The translations under genes were made by a program, and so were the position numbers. Below the pieces are notes generated by a model, which had not been told where the DNA came from, searched no databases, and saw nothing but the letters and a program-made list of their open reading frames with translations. Positions 41,071 through 52,364 of a stretch of 64,000 bases of DNA are shown one piece after another. Origin of the DNA: Scyliorhinus canicula. Its lineage: Eukaryota. The number at the start of each line of letters is the position of its first letter. The stretch's first letter is position 1. The DNA lies in assembly GCF_902713615.1 (NCBI RefSeq), contig NC_052166.1, forward strand, positions 64,814,406 through 64,878,405, in the 5' to 3' direction.

Positions 41071-41207
41071 TCATTTGTATTGCAGATACTTCCTCTGCTT
41101 TCTTCTTTTCCTTTCTGCACAGGCGTAGCACATACTACACCATATATTTTCCTTGGGAATGATTTCAATGCCGTTGGGCGTCCTGACTGGATCGAGTGCG
41201 CATAAAC
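41071..41207 (-). CDS. MRH-domain protein coding exon 3: cytoplasmic tail and stop
   Basis: ttttctcag|GT; phase 1; GLCALDPVRTPNGIEIIPKENIWCSMCYACAERKRRKQRKYLQYK*; GxExIPxxxxW echoes CD-MPR GMEQFPHLAFW. Confidence 0.85.
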
Positions 41208-41459
41208 CTGAGAAAATAATCAGAGGGTTTTCAGATTCCACACTCCAATGTTCACATTAACAAACACTTGCTCAATGAGGGAGGGCTTCAGATTCCGTTT
41301 GCAACTTCTTAAGAAACAAAAAATGTCAAAAGCAAAATACTGCGGGTGCTGGAAATTGCAAACCGTGGCAGTGCACAGGGATGCTGGTGGGGGTGTACCA
41401 ACGACCCTGTTCACCAGGATTTAATCTTAAATAGACCAACTGGGTTCACATTCTCCTTG

Positions 41460-41941
41460 TAATAATCTTTATTGTCACAAGCAGGCTTAGATTAACACTG
41501 AAATGAAGTTACCGTGAAAAGCCCCCTAGTCGCCACATTCCGGCGCCTGTTTGGGTACGCAGAGGGAGAATTCAGAATGTCCAATTCACCTAACAAGCAT
41601 ATCTTTCGGGACTTGTGGGAGGGAACAGGAGCACCAGGAGGGAACCCACGCAGGCTAGAACATAGAACAGACAGTGTAGAAGGAGGCCATTCGGCCCATC
41701 AAGTCTGCACCGACCCACTTAAGCCCTCACTTCCACCCTATCGCCGTAACCCAATAACCCCTCCTGACCTTTTTGATCACTAAGGGCAATTTATCAATAG
41801 CCAATCCACCTAACCTGCACGTCTTTGGACTGTGGGTGGAAACTGCAGCACCCAGAGGAACCCCATGCAGACTCCGCACAGATAGTGACCCAATGGGACC
41901 CTGGTGCTGTGAAGCAACAGTGCTAGCCACTGTGCCACCGT
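41460..41941 (-). mobile_element. Type C and type A V-SINEs joined or nested
   Basis: Type C tail and body followed directly by a type A tail, body and head. Confidence 0.75.
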
Positions 41942-42594
41942 GAGAGTCACTGACCAGAGTTCTTAACCAATGAAGTGCTTCTGAAGTGTAGTCACTGCTA
42001 CAATATAGAAAAGGCTGCAGTCAATTTCAGCGTAGCCGGGTCCCACAAACAGCAATGTGACATAGACATGGAGAAATACAGCACAGAGCAGGCCCTTCGG
42101 CCCACGATGTTGTGCCGAACTTTTGTCCTAGGTTAATGACGAATGACCAGCTCATTGGTTTGTGATTTTAAGGGAGGAATGTTGGCCCTGATGTTGAGAA
42201 TTCACTGACTCTGATGTGGAGAGAGATACTGATTTGCATTTATCCTGTGTCTTTCAGAAGCACGGGAGGTATTTTACAGCCACTGAAATACTGTCCCTGT
42301 TGTCCTGTGGGAAATGCGACAAGAGATTTCTGCACAGAAAGATCTCCTGCAATAATGAACAGATAATCTGTTTTGGTTTAAGTGTTGTCTGAGGAAGGCC
42401 TTGTGACGAAGCGGATATCATCTCTGCTGCCTCTGGGTCTGAAGCCCAACAGATTGATTATCAATCCTGTAAATCCTTCCAAAGTGCCTAATGACAGGCG
42501 ATAAGAGTGGGAGAATTCCTTGGTTAGCTATACTACAGAAGGCAACAGCAAACGTCTTCAGTACCCGGCCAAGCAACATAAATCAAAAATAGAA

Positions 42595-43135
42595 GTCAAA
42601 GAAAAGTGCAGCACAGGATCAGGCCCTTCGGCCCTCCAAGCCTGTGCCGACCATGCTGCCCGTCTAACCTAAAACCTGCCACACTTCCAGGGTCCGTATC
42701 CCTCTATTCCCAACCTATTCAGGTATTTGTCAAGACACCCCTGATGCGTCACTATCGTGCCTGCTTCCACCACCTCCTCTGGCAGCGAGTTCCAGACACC
42801 CACTACCCTCTGTGTGAAAAACTTTCCACACACATCTCTAAACTTTGCCCCTCCCACTTTAAATCAATGTCCTCTCGTAATTGACTCTTCCACCCTGGGA
42901 AAAAACTTCTGACTATCCACTCTGTCCATGCCCCTTATAATCTTGTAGACTTCTATCAGGTCATCCCTCAACCTCCATCGTCCAGTGAGAACAAACCGAG
43001 TTTATCCAGCCTCTCCTCATAGCTTATGCCTCCCATACCAGGCAACATCCTGGTAAACCTCTTCTGCACCCTCTCTAAAGCCTCCACATCCTTCTGGTAG
43101 TGTGGCGACCAGAATTGAACACTATACTCCAAGTG
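42595..43135 (-). mobile_element. CR1-type LINE 3' fragment
   Basis: ORF 42669-42857 GKFFTQRVVGVWNSLPEEVVEAGT, the canonical CR1 ORF2 end. Confidence 0.85.
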
Positions 43136-43261
43136 CATGTTACCTGATAAAGGGATGTTTGAAGGACACGAATTGGCTAGGGCACCGAGTTAACTCCCCT
43201 GCATTTCTTCAAAAAGTGGCATGGGATCTTTATACACCCAGCTGAGGGAGTATCTTCAATC

Positions 43262-44118
43262 TATAGAATACCTAAGGTGCAGAAGGAGGCCATTTGGCCC
43301 ATCGTGTTTGCATAGGCCCTCCTAAAGAGCACCCTACCTAGGTCTATTCCCAACCTAACCTGCCCATCTTTGGACACGAAGGGCAATTGTGAAATCTGTG
43401 GAACTCTTTGCCGCAGAAGGCCGTGGAGGCCAAATCTCTGAGTGTCTTTAAGACAGAGATAGATCGTTTTTTGATCAATAAGGGAATCAAGGGTTATGGG
43501 GAGAAGGCACGAGAATGGGGATGAGAAAAATATCAGCCATGATTGAATGGTGGAGCAGACTCAATGGGCCGAGTGGCCTAATTCTGCTCCTATGTCTTAT
43601 GGTCCAATTTGGAATTGCCAATCCACCTAACCTGCACATTTTAATGATGGCAGCACAGTAGCATAGTGGTTAGCACAGTTGCTTCACAGCTCCAGGGTCC
43701 CAGGTTCGATTCCCAGCTTGGTCACTGTCTGTGTGGAGTTTGCACTTTCTCCCTGTGTCTGCGTGGGTTTCCTCCGGGTGCTCCGGTTTCCTCCCACAGT
43801 CCAAAGATGTGCAGGTTAGGTGGATTGGCCATGATAAATTGCCCTTAGTGTCCAAAGAAAGGTTAAATGGGGGTTACTGGGTCACGGGAGTAGGGTAGAG
43901 ATGTGGGCCTGAGTAGGGTGCTCTTTCCGAGGGCCGGTGCAGACTCGATGGGCCGAATAGCCTCCTTCTGCACTGTAAATTCTATGATTCTATGAATGAC
44001 TGTGGGCGGAAACTCACGCAGACACAGGGAGAATGTGCAAACTCCACACAGATACAAGGTCAGAATTGAACCCAGGTCCCGGGCACTGAGAGGCAGCAGT
44101 GCTAACCACTGTGCCACC
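43262..44118. mobile_element. Nested cluster: minus V-SINE interrupted by a plus CR1 tail (43390-43605) and a plus V-SINE (43648-43995)
   Basis: SINE pieces resume after each insertion. Confidence 0.75.
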
Positions 44119-44756
44119 TGTACCTCTGTCAAATCCCTCAACTGAAAGATATCATCACTTGCCAGTGTGGCACTCGCTCAGCACTGCATGGAAATGATAG
44201 TCTGGGTTATGTGTGCAAGTCTCTGGAGCAAAGGTTTGCAACTCAGACCCTGAGGCAAAGGCAGATCGATCATCCGAGTTAACACTTCATTGTTGCACCT
44301 TTCCGAAGAAAAGATGTATTGGACTCAATCTTAACTCCATTTCTCTTCCCAGACTTGCTGAGTTTTTCCAACTTCCAGCATCCGCAGTATTTTGCATTTA
44401 CCTTTTTCACATTTCCCTTCCTTTCCTGCATTAATTTTTGGAACATTTCATTTAGAATTCTCACCCTGGCACCCAAATCCCATCAGGGCCTTGCCCCTCC
44501 CTATCTCTCCAACTCCCTCCAGCCCCAGAAACCCCACCAAACTGTCCATTCATCTAACTCTGGTCTCTTGACAATCCCCCGGCCCTTCCTTCTCCTTTGT
44601 TCTGGGCAGCCCCTCAGGATTGAGGATGACTTGCTTCCACTCTGGCTCAATGGCTGATAAGCCAAATGGGTGATCTGCAGACTCTGCCACATGCTGGACG
44701 GGTTGGGTAGGAGGGTTGTTTGCGCACCCCACAATGTCTCAACTTCGCCTTAATTT

Positions 44757-45050
44757 AATAATAATCTTTATTGCCACAAGTAGGCTTACATTAACACTCC
44801 ACGTGAAAAGCCCCTAGTCGCCACATTCCGGCGCCTGTTTGGGTACACAGAGGGAGAATTCAGAATGTCCAATTCACCTAACAAGCACGTCTTTCGGGAA
44901 TTGTGGGATGAAACCGGAGCACCCGGAGGAAACCCACGCAGACACAGGGAGAACGTGCAGACTCCGCACAGACAGTGACCCAAGCCGGGAATCGAACCTG
45001 GGACCCTGAAGCTGTGAGGCAACAGTGCTACCCACTGTGCTACTGTGCTG
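44757..45050 (-). mobile_element. V-SINE type C
   Basis: As 25645. Confidence 0.85.
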
Positions 45051-45476
45051 AACCTCAGACCTTCCTCTCGAGTTGTCCAGTGCCTCCCCGAATGAGCCTT
45101 CTCCATTTTGGTCAGTCTCAAGCCAGGATCTCCCTCGACTCAGCAGGGATGTTTAATCCCTTTGGGGATATGGTGATTTGAGGGCGCCCCTAAAGTGTTT
45201 CTGTTTTCCTCCCGAAAGCCCCCTACCGCTACCGGGTTCCAATTAGAGCTGCTGCTTTGGAAGTCTGGTGTCAGACAAACGAACCTCACATTCCACCGAG
45301 GGGAGCTGGTTTTGAGTGACTAGCGCCTCAATGCTGGGCAAGTTGTCTTCCTTCACCCCACCATCGGCGGCCGTACCTTCAGCCAGCTGGGCCCCATTCT
45401 CTGCAAACCCCTCCCTGAGCCTCTCCTTCTTCTCACTGCAAGAACATCCTTAGAACCCATTTTGACCAACCTTCTG

Positions 45477-45867
45477 TGATGTGTTAGGCAGGTTGGTTGG
45501 ATGCGGACTGCACTCGATGCAGGGAAGCTAGAAACTGACGTCTAACACTGGAGAAGATCCAACACTGTTTTATTCAACGATAGAACTGCTGTACATATTC
45601 AGCTGTGGGTCGACACTATACTGAACTGACTGGAGACCTAGTACTAGCCTGACCAGACTTACTACCGCATGGTGTTTGCACTTGCTGGCTCGTGGACTCT
45701 GACTGTCTCAGTGGCTGGGTCCCGAGGGAGCGGGAAACCCTCTGGCTTTATAGTGGTCGTGTCCTGTCTGGTGATTGGCTGCACTGTGTTGTGTGCTGAC
45801 TGGTCATCCTGTGTGTCAATCACTGCCTGTCTACACCTCATTATATACATGAGTGGATATTATGACT
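45477..45867 (-). mobile_element. Solo LTR
   Basis: 5-bp TSD TTCTG (45472-76 / 45868-72); minus strand starts (A)GTCATAATAT like the 47790 LTR; CCAAT, CTATAAA and AATAAA (45574-45569) in order. Confidence 0.75.
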
Positions 45868-45978
45868 TTCTGGACACCCCCCCGGCTGATGTGTCCATCA
45901 GCATTCATGGCTTTGACAGTCTCTATGGACGTGCCAAGGAACTCTGAGCTCTGCAAGTTCAAGTGTTGTTTCACCCAC

Positions 45979-46194
45979 CGATCAGAAAGTAGGCTGTGGC
46001 GGTCACGCTGAACACTATTGAGATGATGGTTCCTGGACCCACATCCTGGGGTTTGCAGCCACTGGGACAGGCACACGGGCTGTCAACGGATATCTGGAAC
46101 AGGCTGGGATTTGCTGCATCGCGGGAGACGACCACCGAGTAACTGGAGCTGCAGTTAAAACGAACGGCGGTGCGTAGTGGGCTGCTGGGTGAAG
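45979..46194 (-). CDS. MRH-domain protein coding exon 2: end of MRH domain + transmembrane helix
   Basis: Long pyrimidine tract + ttgcag|; 216 nt phase 1-1; ASPSSPLRTAVRFNCSSSYSVVVSRDAANPSLFQISVDSPCACPSGCKPQDVGPGTIISIVFSVTATAYFLI; donor G|GTGGGT. This frame is not in the ORF track. Confidence 0.88.
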
Positions 46195-46297
46195 CTGCAA
46201 CATAGCAGAGAGAGAAAAGGATGAAAATGTATACGGCCGGGGAGGGAGCGACAATGACAGCTTGTGTTTAGACAGTCCTGCATTTAACACTGAATCC

Positions 46298-46480
46298 CTG
46301 GTTTAGCTCACTGGGCTAAATCGCTGGCTTTGAAAGCAGACCAAGGCAGGCCAGCAGCACGGTTCGATTCCCATACCAGCCTCCCCGGACAGGCGCCGGA
46401 ATGTGGCGACGAGGGGCTTTTCACAGTAACTTCATTGAAGCCTACTCGTGACAATAAGCGATTTTCATTCATTTCATTTC
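46298..46480 (+). mobile_element. tRNA-SINE type D
   Basis: As 9045. Confidence 0.8.
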
Positions 46481-46556
46481 ACTGGGTTAATAGGGTAGGT
46501 GACAGAAAACGGCGCCAACTGTATTATCGAATAGCCTGATAAGCAGGAGATTGACG

Positions 46557-47445
46557 TTTTTAAAAATAAATTTAGTGTACCCAATTCATTTTTCCCAATT
46601 AAGGGGCAATTTAGAACATGGAACATGCAGTGCAGAAGGAGGCCATTCAGCCCATTGAGTCTGCACTGACCCACCCAAGCCCTCACTTCCACCCTATCCC
46701 CATAAACCAACAACCCCATCTAACCTTTTTGGACACTAAGGGCAATTTATCATGGCCAATCCACCGAACCCGCACATCTTCAGCCCGGTAGCACAGTGGT
46801 TAGCACAATTGCTTCATAGCTCCAGGGTCCCAGGTTCGATTCCCGGTTTGGGTCACTGATTGTGCGGAGTCTGCACGTTCTCCCCGTGTGTGCGTGGGTT
46901 TCCTCCGGGTGCTCCGGTTTCCTCCCACAGTCCAAAGATGTGCAGGTTGGGTGGATTGGCCATGCTAAGTTACCCTTAGTTCCAAAATTTCCCTTAGTGT
47001 TGGGTGGGGTTACTGGGTTGTGGGGATAGGGTGGAAGTGTGGACTTTGGGTAGGGTGCTCTTTGTAAGAGCCGGTGCAGACTCGATGGGCCGAATGGCCT
47101 CCTTCTGCACTGTAACTTCTATGAAATCTTTGGACTGTGGGAGGAAACTGGAGCACCCGGAGGAAACCCACGCAGACACGGGGAGGACGTGCAGACTCCG
47201 CACAGACAGTGACCCGAGCCGGGAATCGAACCTGGGACCCTGGAGCTGTGAAATCACAGTGCTAATCACTTGTGCTGCCGTGGATTTAGCGTGGCCAATC
47301 CACCTAACCTGCACACCTTTGGGTTGTGAGGGTGAAACCCACGCAGACATGGAGAGAATGTACAAACTCCACACAAAATCCCACAGCCGGGATTGAATCT
47401 GGGACCTCGGTGCCGTGAGGCAGCAGTGCTAACCACTGTGCTGTC
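46557..47445. mobile_element. Triple-nested V-SINE cluster (plus type A inside minus type A inside minus type B)
   Basis: Outer elements resume after each insertion; ATCTT repeated around the innermost copy. Confidence 0.8.
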
Positions 47446-47653
47446 ATCGAACTTTAAAACATGAACACTACCTGCAGACCTGAACATTTTCTTTGCTGCC
47501 CAATTGAGGGAGTGCGGTGCTACTGACGCTGGGAGGCAGCAGGAGATGTTCAGTAAGTGTCGCGCCTACTTGGTTTGTTGCCTGTGACTATGATGTGTTT
47601 GAAAGTTTTCAACCAGGCCCCAGAATTAACAGGCAAAGTACCCGTTAAACCTG

Positions 47654-47700
<47 letters not shown>

Positions 47701-47789
47701 CCAGAGTGGCTGCATTTATCCTTGACCCTCAATCCTCCCCCTCTCCCCTCCTAACCCAGAGTGACTGCATTCACCCTTGACCACCACCC

Positions 47790-48165
47790 TGTCATAATAT
47801 ACACCAGTATATCATGGTGCAGTGATGGACACACACAGGGACCAATCAACATGCACAAACACCGCAGCCAATCACTAGTTAGAATACACACACTATAAAG
47901 GCAGAGGGCACCACGGTTCCCGCTCATTCTGGGTGCTGCCTCTCAGTGTAACAGGAACTTATTCAGCCCAGCACAGACTCACACCACGTGCTGAGAGAAT
48001 CAACTGGTTCGGACAAGGCTTAGGTCTCTAGTCTAAGTTAGCATCACTTAGACCCACAGTCGTCGTGTGTTAGTTAGTTAGAAGTAGTTTATAAAATTGA
48101 GTTGAATCTTCATCAGTGTTGGAAGTGTCTGTTCATCTCTCAAGTCTACACTCGCCAACACTTCA
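47790..48165 (+). mobile_element. Solo LTR
   Basis: TGTCATAATAT...TTCA flanked by 5-bp TSD CACCC (47785-89 / 48166-70); two CCAAT boxes then CTATAAAG. Confidence 0.8.
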
Positions 48166-48840
48166 CACCCCTCCCCTGCCCCCTCTGCACCCAGATTAGT
48201 TATGTCCACACTTGCCCTTCCAAACTGGCTGCAGGATTCAGGGCTCCACGGCCATCAGTTCCGACAATCAGCAGGGACCGTGTAAGAGTCCTTCCTGTGT
48301 ATTTCCTTTGTTCCCATTTGTTTTATTTTATTGTTTTGATCCGTGGGCCCATACTCAGGATGTGCCTGTCAGCAGAGGACTCAATCTGAAACAGCCGGAT
48401 TTTCAGGACAACGTGTTCCCAGGTTTTGCAGTTTGGAGCGGAGAAGCCAGACTCTTCGGCAGAGAGTGGATATTAGGAACCAGCTTTGGAGGGACTCAGT
48501 TCGATTAGTTAACTGGCAACACATGGATTTGCCAGGGGCAGTGTTCTGCCTGACAACAGTCAGCGATTGGATCCTGCAACACGCTTTCTGAGAGGGCTGG
48601 GCAGAAGTGTTTTGACCTTGGAAGTGAAAGGGACTCTCTCTTTCTCTCCTGCTTGCTTTCTTGTCCTGAAGCCAGCGAGTGCCTGGCACATCCTTTATTG
48701 AAACAGATATGATACTGAGTCTACAGAGAAAGTAGACAACCTTTCCAGAGAAAACCATCTCAAGCCTAGACGTACCAAATGAAAGGCTGAATTTCAGAAA
48801 GACATTAACTGGAAGTCATCAGAGCACATTGGGGGAGGGG

Positions 48841-49425
48841 GGGGCAGCACGGTAGCACAGTGGTTAGCACAGATGATTCACAGCCCCAGGGTCCCAGGTT
48901 CGATTCCCGGCTTGGGTCACCGTCGTGCGGAGTCTGTACGTTCTCCCCTTCTCTGAGTGGGTTTCCTCCGGGTGCTCCGGTTTCCCCCCACAGTCCAAAG
49001 ATGAGCAGGTTAGGTGAATTGGCCATGCTAAGTTGCCCCTTAGTGAGGGCAGCACGGTGGCGCAGTGGTTAGCACTGTTGCCTCACGGCGCCGAGGTCCC
49101 AGGCTCGATCCTGGCTCTGAGTCATTGTCCGTGTGGAGCTTGCACATTCCCCCCCTTGTTTGCGTGGGCTTCGCCCCAACAACCCAAAAGATGGGCTGGG
49201 TAGGTGGATTGGCCACGCTAAATTGCCCCTTAATTGGAAAAAATTAATTGGATACTTTAAATTTATTTAAAAAAAAAAAAAAATTGCCCTGAGTGTCCAA
49301 AAAGGTTCAGTGGGGTTACTGGGTTACGGGGATGAGGTGGGCTTAAGTGGGGTACTCTTTCCAAGGGCCGGTGCGGACTCGAAGGGCTGAATGGCCTCCT
49401 TCTGCACTGTAAATTCTATGATTTT
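48841..49425 (+). mobile_element. Type A V-SINE with a type B V-SINE inserted (~49046-49280)
   Basis: AA(G/A)TTGCCCT(T/G)AGTG duplicated around the inner copy. Confidence 0.8.
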
Positions 49426-49570
49426 GTGATCAAACACCTTTATCTATTTTATTAATATTTTCTTTTCCTCTCAACCACCCCTTCCCCTCTGTGTTAATTG
49501 TCTGTGGAGGCAGTTAGAAAGGGGAGGAGGGGGTTGGGAAAGGGGTATTAGATAGTCAGTTACATTTTAT

Positions 49571-49814
49571 TTTATTTTTTTATTTTTTATTTTTTTTATA
49601 TATAAATTTAGAGTACCCAATTAATTTTTTCCAATTAAGGGGAAATTTTAGCGTGGACAATCCACCCACCCTGCACATCTTTGGGTTGTGGGGGTGAAAC
49701 CCACGCAGACACGGGGAGAATGTGCAAACACCACACGGGCAGTGACCCAGAGCTGGGATCGAACCTGGGACCTCGGCGCCGTGAGACTGCAGTGCTAACC
49801 CACTGCGCCGTCCT
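49571..49814 (-). mobile_element. V-SINE type B
   Basis: 16-bp TSD GTCAGTTACATTTTAT (49555-70 / 49815-30). Confidence 0.9.
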
Positions 49815-51291
49815 GTCAGTTACATTTTATGTCAATTTAATTATAATACAGTACATAATAAAAGGTTAGTTGTGTTTTAAAGTCACAAACCTGGTGACTG
49901 TAGTTAATTGGGTTTAGCAAAGGACCTCGGATATTTAAATAAAATCTAATTTCACCCTTGTTGCGAGTCCGGGGGGCTGGAATTGACCACACAGTAGCCC
50001 AGGGGATCGTGACAACAGATGAAGCCTTTCAAACTGTTCCAATTTGATCACAATATATTTTTCAAATTTGCAAAACAGAACTTTATTAAAAAATACTTAT
50101 TTTGTGGTTGTGACGGTCAGTGGGAAGGCCAGAGAGTGTCCAAAATTGCCCCTCGTGTTGGGTGGGGTTACTGGATTATGGGGATAGGGTGGAGGTGTGG
50201 GCTTGGGTAGGGTGCTCTTTCCAAGAGCCGGTGCAGACTTGATGGGCCGAATGGCCTCCTTCTGCACTGTAAATTCTATGATAATCCCGGGTTGCCCTGA
50301 GAAGACGGGTCTTCCGTCTTCCTGACGTGGGGGAGAGGGTGGTAATGCCACTGGACTAGTAATCCAGAGGCTCCGGCTATTGCCCTGACGGAATGGGTTC
50401 AAATCCCAACACGGAAGATGGTGGAATTTAAAGTCAATGAATAAATTTGGGGCAGCACGGTGGCGCAGTGTTTAGCACTGCTGCCTCACGGCGCCGAGGT
50501 CCCAGGTTCGATCCCAGCTCTGGGTCACTGTCCGTGTCTGCGTGGGTTTTGCCCCCACAACCCAAAGACGTTCAGAGTTCATTTAATTTGATTGGAATGT
50601 CTGTCCATCAAATTTTGATATGGTGTGATTGATTTCCCCCCCCCAAGCCTTATCAGTTGCCATGAAAACTGGAGCAGGAACGTTGCCCAGATTTTCATTC
50701 TAACAAAATGTGTCCTTGCTTCTGTCTGGCCTGTTCTAATCTGATCATTGCCAAGCTGTTCAGCAGTTCTCATTGTCATGTTTAAAATGTGTGACTTTAA
50801 TACACCATTTTACTTCTAAACCATTTTTTCCTTTAAACCTAGGTTTCTACCAGGGAGTCCAGAGATTAATCCTCATTCTTCTATCTTCCTTGTCGTACTT
50901 TAGAGATAATATTCTGGGCACTAGTTCCTGGCACTTTTCTCTCTGATTCCTCCGAATCATTTCTCTCTTGCCACATCTTTACTCATTGACTTGCTTCTTA
51001 GCGTTGACCCTCAGATTAAATCACCAGCAGTCAGCTCTCCCCTTTCAAAGGGGAAATTAGCCTATGGTCATCTGGGACTATGGTGACTTTACCTTCCCCA
51101 TAATAAATCTTCCTTTCTCAACGTCCAAGTGTCTTCAGTTCCCCCAATTCACCATGTAGCTCTTTAAAAGGTGACTCGAACATGGTCATTTAGGAAGAAG
51201 AGACCATTCAGCCCCTCCAGCTTTTCACCTCTCCAAGCCCTTTCATCTCCGACCAGCAACTTAAAAGTTTCAAACAAAGAAGAGCTCTTAC

Positions 51292-51712
51292 CAGGGTAGA
51301 TGACGGTGAGTGTTTGCGAGTTGTTGTCATAGCTGAACTCGTTGTCCTCATGCATTCCGAAGTTGAGAAAATCCACAACCTCGCCACCCTGGGTCTGGTG
51401 TCTGATAACAAGACAGACTGCCACGTTCAAACACTCAGAGGCAAACTCGACAGGCTCACTGAATGGGAGACAAGGACTAAATGAATACAGGATATCAGGA
51501 TCGGATTCCCTGCCTGAAGCGATTACTGGTTTATCCCTCTCCAGAAACCCATCAGCGCCCCCCATTGCTGCCAGGTTAATCACCCCCGATCCATCCTCCA
51601 TTATGCATTTGCAGGGGTTCAGTTTAATGCACTCGGTTTTCTGAGAGGCAGAGGCAGGAGGCCATAATATCATCAACAGGCACATCCAGCTGTGAGTCCC
51701 AACATTCGGCAT
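51292..51712 (-). CDS. MRH-domain (CD-MPR/Atg27-like) type I membrane protein, coding exon 1: signal peptide + most of MRH domain
   Basis: ATG with purine at -3; hydrophobic leader WMCLLMILWPPASA; C-x5-C-x-C...DGSGVINL...YSFSPC...C...VAVC...FG...LTVIYP pattern; donor CCTG|GTAAGA; 421 nt, phase 1. Confidence 0.88.
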
Positions 51713-51813
51713 CTCGGAGAGGAATTCCTCACACTGACTCGGTGCTGAAGTACCATCAGGGTGAGAGGTGTACTTGAAGGTTGCAAATGAGGAGTAACTG
51801 TTTGCAGGTTTCT

Positions 51814-51877
51814 ATTGGTACTCGGGTCCCAGCAGCTAAGTTGGGGAAGGGGGGCACAGGCTCCCTTGTTTGATTGG
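51814..51877 (-). promoter_or_regulatory. Two CCAAT boxes upstream of the MRH-gene ATG (candidate proximal promoter)
   Basis: ATTGG on + at 51814-51818 and 51873-51877, about 100 and 160 bp upstream of the ATG. Confidence 0.35.
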
Positions 51878-52009
51878 TACAGATCCTGTTACTGTCCCTT
51901 CTCTCTCTTGTGCGATAACTCCTGGTTGGGTAATGCGTCCGTTTTCAATGTTCTCATCCTCATTTTCAAATCCCTCCCTGTCTCTTAAACCATTTCCCCC
52001 TGGTTGTGA

Positions 52010-52282
52010 GGGTTTCTAGAACCAGGAGTCACAGGGGCAAGTCATTCAGGACTGAGATGAGGAGGGATCTCTTCATTCAGAGGGTGCTGAATCTTTGGAA
52101 TTCTCTACCCCAGAGGCTGTGGAAGCTCAATCATTGATTATGTTCAATACAGAGATCATTACATTTCTACATTTTAAAAATGACAAGTGACACGCAGGAA
52201 AATAGTGTTGAAGTTAAAGATCAGCTTGAATGGTGGAGCAGACTCGAAGGGCCGAATGACCTACTCCTGCTCCTATCTTTTA
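52010..52282 (+). mobile_element. CR1-type LINE 3' fragment
   Basis: gagatgaggagg...ggaattctctaccccagaggctgtgga...gggccgaatgacctactcctgctcctat. Confidence 0.7.
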
Positions 52283-52364
52283 AGTTCTTACAATCTTCAG
52301 AGATCTCTGATTTCCTCCAATTCTGGCCTCTTAGCATCTCTGATTTTAATCACTCCATCATTGG

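Noticed and set aside
46015-46290. ORF-track proteins (91 aa and 81 aa) overlapping MRH exon 2
   Set aside because: Wrong frames; the phase-1 frame gives the MRH end and TM helix
48270-50015. Possible additional LTR-like elements (also 13940-15000 and 36979-37363)
   Set aside because: LTR-like composition but no convincing termini plus TSD could be read by eye
51164-51291. Single-exon reading of the 182-aa ORF
   Set aside because: A strong donor at 51291 and in-phase downstream exons complete the domain; the read-through part includes CR1-tail-like sequence
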